A DNA stretch of 63,643 nucleotides, counting the filler, from Saprolegnia diclina VS20 (lineage: Eukaryota): assembly GCF_000281045.1 (NCBI RefSeq). It is 8 parts of 4 records of this genome, joined end to end, with 100 filler letters (N's around TTAATTAATTAA, not from the genome) between each part and the next. Parts side by side here need not be neighbours in the genome. Positions count along the whole stretch, not along the records: positions 47,732 to 50,506 come from NW_008246190.1; positions 50,607 to 58,487 come from NW_008246190.1; positions 58,588 to 63,643 come from NW_008246191.1; 5 more parts are not named here. One strand, 5' to 3'. The notes under the pieces were generated by a model. It made no database searches. It was not told where the DNA came from and saw only the letters and a program-made list of their open reading frames with translations. Position 1 is the stretch's first letter. Each line of letters opens with the position of its first letter. The translations under genes and the position numbers were made by a program. Shown one piece after another: positions 48,791-60,384 of this stretch.

Positions 48791-49378
48791 CCTTGAGCGT
48801 TCGGGCTTGGTGTTGGGGTGAGCCTAGACAACCCTAATCATCAGCCATCGGTGCACCCACAAACGCCTACCAAAAAATGCCCATCGGGAGGTAGCCCGTG
48901 GAAAACCCAGTGCGAAACGTCGAGACGCGCTGGTCGGTGCGGTGGCGGCCGCGCACGACGAGATCGCNNNNNNNNNNNNNNNNNNNNNNNNNNNNNNNNN
49001 NNNNNNNNNNNNNNNNNNNNNNNNNNNNNNNNNNNNNNNNNNNNNNNNNNNNNNNNNNNNNNNNNNNGTGTCGATAGTACATAAATATATGAAAGATCTG
49101 CGTAGGACTCGCTTCAACCGCAATGTACAAGTTTATATCTTGACACCAGACGTGCCACGACGCCAACGAGCGCTGCCAGTAGCGCCCGACGCGATTGACC
49201 GGATGGCTCTGGTGCTCGAGCAGTGCATCCTGCCTCAAGGCGAGACAAGGTATCCCTCTCGCGGGAGGTTCGCGCGATTGCAAGCCAAGCGTTGCCGTTC
49301 GTATGACGTGGCAGCTTCAGCAGCCAGCATGGCGAAACCACCGTAGGCGCTATTTCAAATGTACGTCCTTCCAACGCA

Positions 49379-49406
49379 CGACGACTGCGGGATTCGAACC
49401 CGCGCG
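49379..49406 (-). pseudogene. tRNA-like 3' half fragment (T-arm + acceptor, Ser-like)
   Basis: Minus strand CGCGCGGGTTCGAATCCCGCAGTCGTCG forms a T-arm plus 3' acceptor strand; no matching 5' half or D-arm found. Confidence 0.5.
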
Positions 49407-49851
49407 TGGACACAGCGCACTGCTTGGGATCTTGACGTGGCGCCAGCATATTCGCGCCAGCTCGTGCCAGATGGCGCGCTGAGTGAGTAGCGCGCTTGCC
49501 GCGTGACGCCACCACCATTCTCTGTTGCGTGCGTCGAGAGGGCGATCCTGTCCAGCGTGATGCCTGCGTATACAAACAGGATGGTGCCACTGCCACAGGA
49601 CGCACCAGAGCGTGGTAAAGACACTGTATATTCCACTGGATCACGCGAAACCCGCGGCCGTTGGACCTACACTCTGTCGCGGGCCCGATTATCGTAGAAT
49701 ACGCTATTTTTGTATTTTAATGTAGCCCATTCCATGGCTTTATATTGTTATTTGTATGTTAATTGGAAGAATGATGTATTAAAATACGTTTATTTTTAAT
49801 CCAAGCAACGAGAAAATGGTTTCTTTCCAGCATTTTCATGAATCTTTGGCG

Positions 49852-50506
49852 ATGGCCGAGCGGACGGACGCGCACGAGCCGCGCTGGACCGAGCGCGGAG
49901 CGTCCTTCCTCCGACGCATCAACCTCGAGCGCGTGGCCGAAGACCCGCGCGTGCGCCTGCTCGTGGACGGCCAGAGCACCGGCGACATCTCGCTCACGTC
50001 GCCCATGAATGCACAGATCCCGGCGCCGTTGCCGCCCCCACCATCGGCCGACGAGCCAGTCGCGAGCTGGTCGCGAGCGCTCAAGGAGTCGATATCAAGC
50101 GTCCTCTTTAGCAAAACCAACGACGAACCGATCCTCCACTTTTCGTCGCGCCTCGCCGTGCTCGCGCCGCCGGCCATGCAAGCCGTCACCAAGCTCTTTG
50201 GCGCAAAGACGTATACGAGCACGTGGGCGGACGCGCAGCTGGCCATGTCCAACCTCGACGCCGCGATCGCGACTCGCTTTGCCGAGAAGGCGTGCGTCAT
50301 GGACTGCGGTCTTCTTGACGCGGTGCAACGGACGCACCAAAAGCCGCTCGTGCCCGACACCTTTGCAGGTACCCGCATGCTTCTTGTCTGCGACCGCTAA
50401 TGTGTCACGCAGGCGGCCGCGTGACGTCGCTGCCCTTCAAGCGTGGCGCGGTGCCGTCGATGCATTCGATGTTTGTCGCGGCGTCGACGGTCGCGTCCTG
50501 GCTTGC
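49852..50506 (+). CDS. Hypothetical protein, 3' truncated by gap
   Basis: GC3-rich ORF following an AT-rich promoter region; probable intron after 50368; no family recognised. Confidence 0.55.
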
Positions 50507-51267
50507 NNNNNNNNNNNNNNNNNNNNNNNNNNNNNNNNNNNNNNNNNNNNTTAATTAATTAANNNNNNNNNNNNNNNNNNNNNNNNNNNNNNNNNNNNNN
50601 NNNNNNCAGCACATCATAGGCAGTGCACGGGGCATGATTGCTTTCCACAATGCTGCTCCGTTGCTCGCTGCGTCCCGTACTGAGCTTCTTGAATCATTCC
50701 AGCGTTCGAATACCAAGACTCGTAGAACGTAGTATGTGGACGTCTCTATAGCATTAACAGCTAGCTTGATGTCGTCGATGCTCCATACATTCACCCGCTG
50801 CCTTCCATTTCGCTTTGTACTCCGTCACCAAGAAGAGGGTGCAACAGCATTCCGTGGTCATCACCAGCGAACTGCTCCGATGACCATCTTGACCGTAGAC
50901 ATACATGACATACATGTAGTTGCTATCGACAGCCAGGAGCAGGCTGTGCTGTATTGTACGTGTGCTACGCTACCGCGGGGCGTCACGACGTCGTGGCAAG
51001 CTTGGGTCCATCGTAACTACCAACACGCCAGTCGGCATGTGGGAACGCCGACCCGTTGCTCTGTGGCCTGTTACGTGCGACGATAAGCCCAGTTGCCCAT
51101 CGCCATGATAATGGACGCTGGCACGTGACACGCACGCCTTGGTGTGCTACTTGTGCTGGTTACGAATTCGTCGTAGCGTTGGGACTTTGGACCAGACTCA
51201 AGACGGGAGCGCGAAGGATCGAGCGCTTTTAAGTTATACACACAAGAGAAGCGAGTCGTTTGCGTCA

Positions 51268-52199
51268 TTAGGAGGCAAGCGGCCGCTCAAAGCGAATCAC
51301 CGCCGGGCGTTGCGCCTCGCGGAGCCGCGACATGATCTTGGAAAGGCTAATGCCACAGAGCGAGAGCCCTACGCATTTTGAGCTGCATCAGCCAAGAGCA
51401 AAGATCAGCGAGGCGTACCGTTGACCGAGAGGATCATGACGCCGCTCGTAATCTGCGTGTACTTCTTCGACTCGGTGCCGTCAAAGCTCTCCTTGACGAC
51501 CGCGCACTTCTTCAATGGGTCGTACCCGAGCTTCATGCCCATGGATTGCTGCTGAAAGACAACGTCGAATCGGTTCTCGGCCTCGTGCTTGTGGTGGCTC
51601 GGGTCGTCGTGGTGGCTGTGGTTGTTGTCGTCGACCGAGCTCGTCGGGCTATTGTCGTAGTGCTCGTCGTACTCCTCCGGTACCGTTGCTGTGGTCGACG
51701 AGATGCTGTAGGCGGGCTGGCGGCTGCGCGCCTCCGTGTACGTGGAGGCCGGGAGGTCCATGTGGTAGCTGGCCGTCGGCTTGGGGTTGGTTGACGCCGG
51801 CGGCGTCGAGAGATGCAACGTCGGCGTGACGACTGGTAGCATGCGCGGGAGGTGCAGCGGCGACATTGAGCTGTTGCTGCTTGTCGGCGGCGTCGCCACC
51901 TGCGGCGACGGCGGCACCTGCTTGGTCGTCAGCGACATGGGCGGCGGTGCACGTGCCCGCGGCGTTTCGAAGAACTGGCGGTAGCTCGCGGGGTCCGAGC
52001 CCGAAAAGTAGGCGTAGAGCAGGCTCATAAATTCGGCTTCTTGCCGGGCTTTGGCCGTCGAGACGCGCGCTTCTTCTTGGCGGCCGATGGCGGCGAACAT
52101 GGCGAACTGCTGGAAGAAGATGTCGGACTGCGACGTGTCGACGGGCGGCCGCTCGAGGCTCTTGCGCAGCGCTTGAGCTTCGGCCACGGTCGCGCTCAT
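51268..52199 (-). CDS. PDZ-domain protein with low-complexity middle
   Basis: FDVVFQQQSMGMKL...SGVMILSVN; intron 51369-51418 adds GLSLCGISLSKIMSRLREAQRPAVIRF, completing a PDZ-like fold. Confidence 0.75.
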
Positions 52200-52974
52200 G
52201 CTCGGCTCTCGGACGCTGCAAAAATGGGCCGCTTTTGATACAAAACCGCGGCCTGTCTTTCGGGCATCGAAAGCAACGAAAAAATAATTCTCTTTTAATC
52301 TCGGCTTGAAATAAATACATGACCGACCTTAAGCTTTGTATGTAATCTAATACAAATGGAAAACGATAAAATATTGAAAATATTTATTTCACGGCGACAA
52401 TTGCATCTTTTTTCTACAAACCGCCGCAGCGATTCGCTTAGAAAAGTACAGACGACTGCTGAATACAACGGTGCGCGCCGCGCCACGGCCCGTCGACAAC
52501 TCAATTAAGGAAATAGGTCGCGACGAGTCAGCCGCCCGCTTCAACTTTGACGGCGCCAGCGAGAAGCGCCAAGGTACCCCGTGACGCTGTCGTGTCTGCA
52601 CCCACTGCAGCAAATACCTTGTGGTCAAAGTATAGTTGTCAAGCTGCGCTATTATAGACGAAAAAACTATTGGCCTAGTCGGCAAAGCTGTCGCCGATGG
52701 CGCGTAGGACGTCTGGTGCAAACTGGAGGAGGCACGGTGGCGACGCTACCATGGGTGGCTCTTGTCCCCTTCCGCCGCCTCGTCGGTCCAGGCTATCGCA
52801 AGGCCTATCACAGTACTCGGAGATGGTATCTTGCCTCATGTTCTCGTTGGCTTCCGACCACTGCACCGTACAGCTTGGCACAACCCGTTCAAACCCCAAC
52901 CCGCGCTGGACTGCGCCACACAGTGGTCGTGTTTTGCATTATGCATCGTAGTACTGTATACAGCGACGGTGTTC

Positions 52975-54581
52975 TTAATGAAAGCGACGCGGTGGCGGGC
53001 TCGCTTCGCTGTCCGTCTCTACGTACAGCTGGGCAAGGTCGACGACGGCGTCGGCGTCGTCGCAAATCGACCGGGCGCGCGGCTTGTACGTCGGCGCGCC
53101 AAGCACGCCGCCGTGGTGCGCGTCTTGCACATACAAGAGGAGGCTCAAGCCAAACGCCGTGACGGCCAAAAAGAGGAAGAAATACAGGTCGTAGTCGAAC
53201 GCGCCGGTCGTATCACGGAGGTAGCCGACGAGGACGTTGCCGCACGTGGCCCCGAAGGCGTCGAGGACCTCGACGATGCCAAACGCGATGCCAAAGCGCT
53301 CCTTCGGGATCGTGAGCGGGATGCTGGCCATAAGGACGGCGGGCGTCGTCGAGAGGCAAAGCGAGATGAGGAGCAGCGGCACGATCGGCGTCCAACTCGT
53401 AAAGATGAGCCACGCATAAGCCATGACGCCGCAGAGCGTCGAGAGAATGACCCAGACAAGCCGACCGCCGACCATGTCGAGGAGGAGTCCAAGGAACGGC
53501 GAAAACATAACGAGTGAGTGCGAGAGGCTGCTCATGTAGCCCGCGTTGACGATCGAGTAGCCGTGCACTTGGTAGAGATAGCTGGCCGAAATGTTCTGAA
53601 AGAGGTGGAACACATTGATGAACGTCACGTGGAGTGCGACGACGATCCAAAACTAGCAAGTTGCACTCAGCTCGATACCTTGATACAAAACCAATACAGC
53701 CTACCATCGCCGGAAACGAGCCGGTAAAGTCGCGCAGCGTCGTGTGCCCGAGGCGCTCGAGTGTCGGCTTGTGCTGCACGACAAAGTACATTTTGAGCCA
53801 GCGCAGTGTCGGATCAAAGGGCGCGCCGGTCCGCACTTGAAACTTGAGGCGTTTCTTGAGCCGCTTGAGTACGCGCGTGATGCGGACGACCGCGATGGCA
53901 AAGAGGAGCGACCCAAGACAGATCGCATCGCCGTACCAAAAGCCGTAGACGTACCCGCCATAGTGCAGCGCCACGGGCGCGACCGTGGCCTTTGCGAGCA
54001 TCTTGGCGACGTTGGTCACAGCGACCATGGTACCCATGGCGAACGTGAGCTCGGACGCGTCAAACCAGTAGGCGACGATCGCGCGGGCGCCGACAACAAC
54101 GCTGCCTTCGCCCATGCCAAAGATGATGCGCCCCGCAAGCGCATATGACCACTGGTGGGCGCCCATAGCCCACGCAAAGAGCGTTTGGCCGCAGCTCATG
54201 AGCACGAGGAAGAAGAGAATGCAGCCCGACCCTTTTCGATCGAGCATGTGCCCGCCGAGAAATGGCAGTACCATGTTGGGCACCGAGACGGCCGAGTTGA
54301 TCGCGCCGTACATCGTGTTGGAAATCGGGTACGTGGGATCGTCGAGCATGAGCTGCTCGAGCGAAGACATGCCATTCTATGCCAGCAGCAGGAATAGTTG
54401 CAGTCGCACGACCTCAAAGATAGAGTACCTTGACGAAATGACCGCCAAATGGGACCCAGCACACGCAAAGAAGGAGGAAAAACCGGTGCGTCGGACTTGT
54501 CGCCTTCCATGGCTGCCAGCGCGATGCCTTGGCCAAGATGTACTGCATGCGCAGCGGCGTCGTCTCGGTCTCGGACGCCAT
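52975..54581 (-). CDS. MFS transporter, MFSD1-like
   Basis: YGAINSAVSVPNMVLPFLGGHMLDRKG, GRIIFGMGEGS, WF...EL.FAMG, PFLGLLLDMVGGR, FGIAFG; two short introns (near 54378-54428 and 53655-53703). Confidence 0.88.
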
Positions 54582-55105
54582 GCCAGCTTTGAACGCCGTT
54601 GCTTGCAATGTGTGGTGAACCCGGTCTGGAACATATCTTGGCGTGAGATTTGATGTGTGAAATGTGGCTTTTCACGTTGAAGGAGTGGACGCGTTCGAAA
54701 TCAAGCAGTTGACCTCGTGCTCAAGCCGCAGCTGAGTTATCACGCGACGCTGCGTGGCATTGTGAACTTGTACTGTCCTTGCACTCGGTTTAGCGCACTA
54801 TGTGGCGGGCGGATGGCTGGCAACGCGATGATATAATTTGAAATGGAAAGCGCCGTCTCGATAGGCCAGCGGCACGCGGGTCCCAGCGGGCATCCACGCG
54901 CGCGAACGGCACAGCGTCTGCGACATGCTTCAGCGCCTGACTGGCAATGGCGTGGCAGCCACACGATGGATCGTCGGCGGTTGCTGGATGGATCGCCGTG
55001 TATTTTTCACGTTTCCCACCACATTGCACTTTGCCGCCGGGATGTTCTTTTTTTTGTTCGAAATTTATCGGTACTCGTAGTCCGATTGGCATCGCGGCTA
55101 CGTTC

Positions 55106-57328
55106 TTAGCCCGTCGACGACGCGACCTTGTGCGGTGCGCCCACGGGTAGGTGCTGCTTGAGGACACGGAGCGCGTCCGTGGCTCTGGCGCTCAGCGGGT
55201 GGGTAGTACCAAAGGCCTCGAGTGCCGCCAGGTCGCGCGCCGCGTCGCCCCACTCTTTCGCCTTCATGCTTGTTTGACTTCGATTGAGGTAGAAGACCTC
55301 GACCGCGCTTTCAAAGTGCTTTGTTTCGGGGGCGCTGGGGCCAAATGTCGGCAAGGCACTGGCAGCGCACTCGAGGAAGATGGCTTCGGCGTCCTCGAGT
55401 GCATGGCTTTTGACCAAGTGCTCGGCAAGTGTAAAGCGTCCGAAGATCGTCTCGGGGTGCGTGGCCCCAAGGAGGCGCGTTTGGAGCGCGCAGTACTCGC
55501 GCAAAAGCGGCTCCGCGGCAGTAAACTCGTGCTTGGCTTCAAATAGCAGCGCAACGGACAAGATGGTCTTGGCGATGCAAGGGTGCTCGGGCGGCAGCAC
55601 TTGGCGACGCGACGCAAGACAAGGGACAAGGAGCGCTAGTGCCGCGTCTAGTTTGCCTACCTGCTCGTACATCCGGCCGAGGTTGGACATGGTCGTGAGC
55701 GTATTGGGGTGCGACGGGCCGAGCACTTTGGTGCTGATTGCGAGCGCCTCCTGAAACAAGACCTCGGCGGCGTCAGTCTTTTCGGCCTCCCGAAGCAAAC
55801 TCGCGAGGTTGTTTATCGTCTTCAATGTACTCGGGTGCTCCGGTCCGAGCACGCGCTTGCTCCGCTCGACGCATGTCGTGTACAGCGCCTCGGCGTCGGT
55901 CAACTTTTTATGGGCCGCAAAGTTGGCGGCCGCATTGTTCATGGTTGCTAGCGTGCTCGGATGGTCGCCACCTAAGAGACGCTCGCTGTCGTTCAGGCAC
56001 TCGACGTATAGCGCGGCGGCGGCGTCAAAGTGACGCAAGTAGTTCAAATTGGCCGCCGCGTTGTTCTTGAGCGTGAGTGTCCGCGGGTTGTCGGGGCCAA
56101 GCGTCGCAATCGATGCGGCCAAGCACTCGGTCAAGAGCGGCGATGCTTTTCTGTACTCGCCGCGTTCTTCGTACAGCGTCGCGAGATTGCACTTGCAGAC
56201 AAGCGTGCTTTCGTGGTTGTCGCCACTCACCTGCTGGCGGTGCGCAATGCACTTGACGTAAATGGCCTCGGCATCATCGAACTTGCCGAGGTTCTGCAGC
56301 GTCGTCGCAAGTGTCTCGAGCGCAATGATGGCGGCCGGCGCCGTCTCGGCGTGGCCGAGCTTTTCCCAGCCCAGTTGACAGTGTCGAAGCACCTCTTCAG
56401 CGCGCGCGAACTGGCCCTGTTCGTTGTACAAGGTCGCCAGCCGCTCCATCGCAATGAGCGTCTCGGCGGCGTCATGGCCCGCGCACAGCTTCTTGGTGGC
56501 AACCGCCGCGTCAATCAGCCGCTCAGCGTCGGCAAACTTGCCTTGGGCTTGGCACAGCGACCCGAGTTTGAGCTGCCAGTTGGCTTGGAGCACATTCGAG
56601 GTCGATGCAATCTTGGCTTGCAGCGTCGTTGCCATCCACGCGCCAAAGACCTGAAACACCATGTTGTCCATGGCCGTAAACCCAATCGCATCGACGATCG
56701 CCGCCGCGATCTGCGCCTTGTCCTCGGGCCGGAACGCTTCACACGCTTCGCTCTTGACGTGGCCCAGCATGTCGTAGAAGGTGTCGACGCTCACGTGATC
56801 GGCGAACCTCTCCGTCTCGGCGCGCGTCATCGCGACATGAAAGGCACTTTTCGTCGAGACGGTCGCAAAGATCTCAAAGACGCACCACGCGCGGGTGAGC
56901 GGAATCGGTCGGTCCCACGGCAAAAGCACCATGATGACGTTTTGGATGGCGCCGATCGAGCTCCGAAACGTTGTTGTCCACCACGAGAAGGGCTTGATGG
57001 TCGTGTCGTGCTGCGAATTGCAAAAGAGATCAAACCAGACAATGTGGTCGGCGATGGGTTTGTCAACGAAGAAGAGGCGAAGGCTCTCGAGGACGTCCAA
57101 AAAGAAGTACTTCCACGCGTGCGACACAAAGTAACGCGCAGGCTGCACGCAAGGGTCGTTCTTGAGCTGCTCGACGAGCGAGAGTTTCGTGGCTGCAGTC
57201 GTCGGCATCAAGAAGGACGTGCTCACTTGGGCGGTTGTGAGGCCGACGAATGCCGCCTCGCCGCCGTTGGATGCGATAAAGGCGTCGAAGAAGGCGAGCG
57301 TCACCCCGAGCGGCGGTGTGGTGCTCAT
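55106..57328 (-). CDS. HET/TIR-like N-terminal domain + kinesin-light-chain-type TPR repeat protein
   Basis: N-terminal FVSHAW, WFDLFCNSQH and PLTRAWCVFE, then about ten 42-aa TPRs (LGxxHPxTLxxxNNLA); intronless. Confidence 0.85.
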   Translation of the reverse strand: MSTTPPLGVTLAFFDAFIASNGGEAAFVGLTTAQVSTSFLMPTTAATKLSLVEQLKNDPCVQPARYFVSHAWKYFFLDVLESLRLFFVDKPIADHIVWFDLFCNSQHDTTIKPFSWWTTTFRSSIGAIQNVIMVLLPWDRPIPLTRAWCVFEIFATVSTKSAFHVAMTRAETERFADHVSVDTFYDMLGHVKSEACEAFRPEDKAQIAAAIVDAIGFTAMDNMVFQVFGAWMATTLQAKIASTSNVLQANWQLKLGSLCQAQGKFADAERLIDAAVATKKLCAGHDAAETLIAMERLATLYNEQGQFARAEEVLRHCQLGWEKLGHAETAPAAIIALETLATTLQNLGKFDDAEAIYVKCIAHRQQVSGDNHESTLVCKCNLATLYEERGEYRKASPLLTECLAASIATLGPDNPRTLTLKNNAAANLNYLRHFDAAAALYVECLNDSERLLGGDHPSTLATMNNAAANFAAHKKLTDAEALYTTCVERSKRVLGPEHPSTLKTINNLASLLREAEKTDAAEVLFQEALAISTKVLGPSHPNTLTTMSNLGRMYEQVGKLDAALALLVPCLASRRQVLPPEHPCIAKTILSVALLFEAKHEFTAAEPLLREYCALQTRLLGATHPETIFGRFTLAEHLVKSHALEDAEAIFLECAASALPTFGPSAPETKHFESAVEVFYLNRSQTSMKAKEWGDAARDLAALEAFGTTHPLSARATDALRVLKQHLPVGAPHKVASSTG

Positions 57329-58446
57329 GATGCTCACGTTGACAACCCGTTACGCGATGCAACGACTCGGACTGCATTCGTTTGTAGAGGTATTCGTTCC
57401 ATTGGGCATGGACCTCGTCCTTGCAGGAGGTGGAGGCTGCACTAGGTGTTTCAGAGAGCGACTGCGTCGTCGGACGCGAAAGAAAATGCAAGCACCATGC
57501 GGAACCTGTCTTCAACACCAATAATGGGTTCGCTTAAAATTCGACCGCACCCGCGCATTGGCCGAGACATGGCCCTGAACGATCCTAGATATCAATCTAG
57601 ATGACGGGATACCTTTTGCCTTGGCCGAGACGCAGGTGACGTCACCCGTGACGGATCGTCGTATGGTGGGGACCCTCGCAAAAGATCGCATCGGCACCAA
57701 CTCGATCACATATATACTCCATGCAGAACCAAGGCCGCGCGCAGGGCAAGAGCGTTGGACGCGCTGCGCTGCGAGTGGATGGCTGAAGGGGTTTCTGGTC
57801 GTTTTCACAAGTGCAAGTCGGCTCGTACTGTACTGGGCGCGGTGATGGCTCCCAACCGCGACGACAAACTTGCCTCGCTGCTGCTGCGCGCCGTTGTAGG
57901 CCAAGCAGGAAGCGACGCATCGTCCAACACGATGACAGCTTGGTGACCGCGAGTAGCTGAGTACGCAATGCGCTCTGAGGGAGTCCAAGGTGCACATCCT
58001 CGGCCGTTGCACGGCTGCGCGTTTTATGCAGACGCAGCAACAACTTCATTGTTACTCGGCGTTGGACTTGCGCTTGGCGTCAAGAGCAAGCCGTCTTTTC
58101 CACGGATCTAGACGACCTCTCAAAGGAGGTTCAGCGTCGTTTTCTGCGTGGCGCCAGTTGGTCTTGACGTCGACGAAGGTGCGCAACCAGACAAGATGTT
58201 GAGGCCAAGGGCAAACTCGCCACTGGCACACGCTTCTCAAACTATAGCCACTGTGATTGGTGCTTGGAAACTTGGCGCGCTCTGATTGGCCCGAGCCACA
58301 TGGCCGAAAGAGTCGACAGCGCGCATCCGAAGGGTCCGCGCTGTGAGTAAATTCCACCTGGGACCAAAGCAGATGGGGTGCACCTAGCCTGAGCCACGTC
58401 TCGGCAATACGCTCATTTCCCAATTGGCCTCCGACCGACTACCGTC

Positions 58447-58682
58447 ATGTCGTCCCGCGCCACCGAAGCCACGGGGCTCCTCCAGACNNNNNNNNNNNNN
58501 NNNNNNNNNNNNNNNNNNNNNNNNNNNNNNNTTAATTAATTAANNNNNNNNNNNNNNNNNNNNNNNNNNNNNNNNNNNNNNNNNNNNAGGCTGATGATGC
58601 GTGCGACCACGTAACGTGCGTCAAGTGCCTCAACTCGTTCGAGTGGTCCAACGTGCTATCGTATGACCAGACAAAACCCTAA
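58447..58682 (+). CDS. Gapped gene whose C-terminus resembles an RBR E3 ligase Rcat/IBR-type zinc-binding motif
   Basis: After the linker reads ADDACDHVTCVKCLNSFEW...*; before it, INR-like GCTCATTTCCCAATT (58411) and ATG 58447. Joining across the linker is assumed. Confidence 0.45.
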
Positions 58683-58889
58683 TCACCGACTAATTTATAT
58701 CTCCTCGACCTCGAAGTCACTTGGTTGCTTGAGATAGCGAGTCTTCTGTGGGCTTCGTCACCAGCTCGCATGCTTGCTGGCTGAACAAAAGATCGATCCA
58801 CCAATCAAACAATGCGAGAATTGTATTCGCCCGAGAGAAGATCCACTTCATCGGCGCCCGCACAGCCGGCGGCTTGGACGTTCTCCAGG

Positions 58890-59978
58890 GTGAGCGTAAC
58901 TTGGCAGCGGCGAACGCGTGCTGCAGCGCCTCCGTGCCTTGGAGGGTCACAAGAAACCGCAGCATCTCCATCTTGTCGTTGCGCGCTGCGTAGTAGAAAG
59001 CCAGCGCCGAGCAGCCTTCCGAGCGGTCTGCAGGCAACCAGTGGACAACCTCAAGTAGGGCGGTCGCCGCGGCCCAGTTCATCGCATTCGTTGTTGTGCC
59101 TTCGGTGCGGTGCTGATGGAGAATCTCAACGACAACCAAGTGCCCGAAGGACCCTGCCGAGGCCATGGCGTTACGCGTGCTGCCCTCGCTTCGGTTCGTG
59201 TGCAGGAAGCGCACCGCATCCAAGTGGCCGCATCGTCCATTGCGCGACACGTGCAACCTTCACATCGGTTTGCGTGCAGCCACTGTACGACGTCAAGATG
59301 GTCTTCTTGGGCCGCAGTGTCCATGGCGTCGGTCGTCAGCCTTCGTTTCGGTGCTCGTGGAGGCACACCACAGTTTCCAGGTGGCCGGCGTTACTAGTAG
59401 CACTATGCGTCGTCCATGGCGCGTGTCGAGCACGCGCTGCTACCAGCGTCGTGCAGGACCTCCAGATACCCGTGTCCTGCCGCCAGTCCATCTCGTAACG
59501 ACCGTCATAGTTGACTCGCCCAATCGATGCCAGATCGACGCCGCAGTCGTCGCAAAGACAGCGCAGGAGTCGAGTATGACCACCGAGAATGGCAGCCTCT
59601 GTGAGTGCGCATGGGTCGGACGTGTAGAGCTCGTCGATCCAGAGGTGGGTCAACGCTGCTGCAAGCAAGCGCTTGCAGCCAAAGCATCGTCTTGCTCCTA
59701 GTCGATGGTGTGCGTCTTGATCAGCTGCGGTTTAGTGCGTATTTATATGGCTCGAGATGCGATGCAGCGGTAGTCGGCGTCTGAGAGCTTGGTCGGTGGC
59801 AAGATACCCAGGTCGCCATCCCAGTCGAGGCGGAAGGCGTCGCGCCAAATGGCCTGTTTCACGCGTCGCCGCCGTTCGAGCGCAGCTGATCGTCGTCCAA
59901 GGTGCCGTGGAGGAGCCGCGTGAGCGGCCCCGCAAAGGCCAAAATGAGTGGCTGCAGGTCTGCGACTTGTGTCGACAC
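58890..59978 (-). pseudogene. Ankyrin-repeat protein pseudogene (paralog of the 62108-63609 copy)
   Basis: Start ATG changed to GTG, several frameshifts, in-frame TAG near 59698, internal deletion; recognisable ADLQPLILAFAGPLT and AMD.AA..GHL pieces in different frames. Confidence 0.85.
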
Positions 59979-60384
59979 GTCAAATGACGGTCTGTTGGTG
60001 AGCGCTCACGCGTCGGCGTGAGTGACGGTGCTCAGCAACATGAAGGTTTGAACATAAGCCTGGGTCAATGACATTAGCAATACGCGGCGACGATGCCTCG
60101 TGTGAGATTTGACCAGTGGAAAATGTTTACAGCGCTGAAATCGCTCGATGTAGAGCCAATAAAAAGCGCTACCGGGCTCCTTGCTCTTCACAGTGAACAA
60201 CACCACGGGTATTTGGGTGTACCGTCCTTTCTACCAGCTCCCCTTGAGTGTATAAATCCAAGCGACTAAGCGCGAATGGCGCGACAACATTCAAGCGCCC
60301 TTCACCGCCAGGGACGTGCCAAGAACGCTAGAGAATGGGGAGCACTGTACAGTTTGCCAGCGTGCAAACACCAATTTATTCGAC

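Noticed and set aside
55106..57328. True kinesin light chain
   Set aside because: It lacks the N-terminal heptad coiled coil; a HET/TIR-like domain is there instead.
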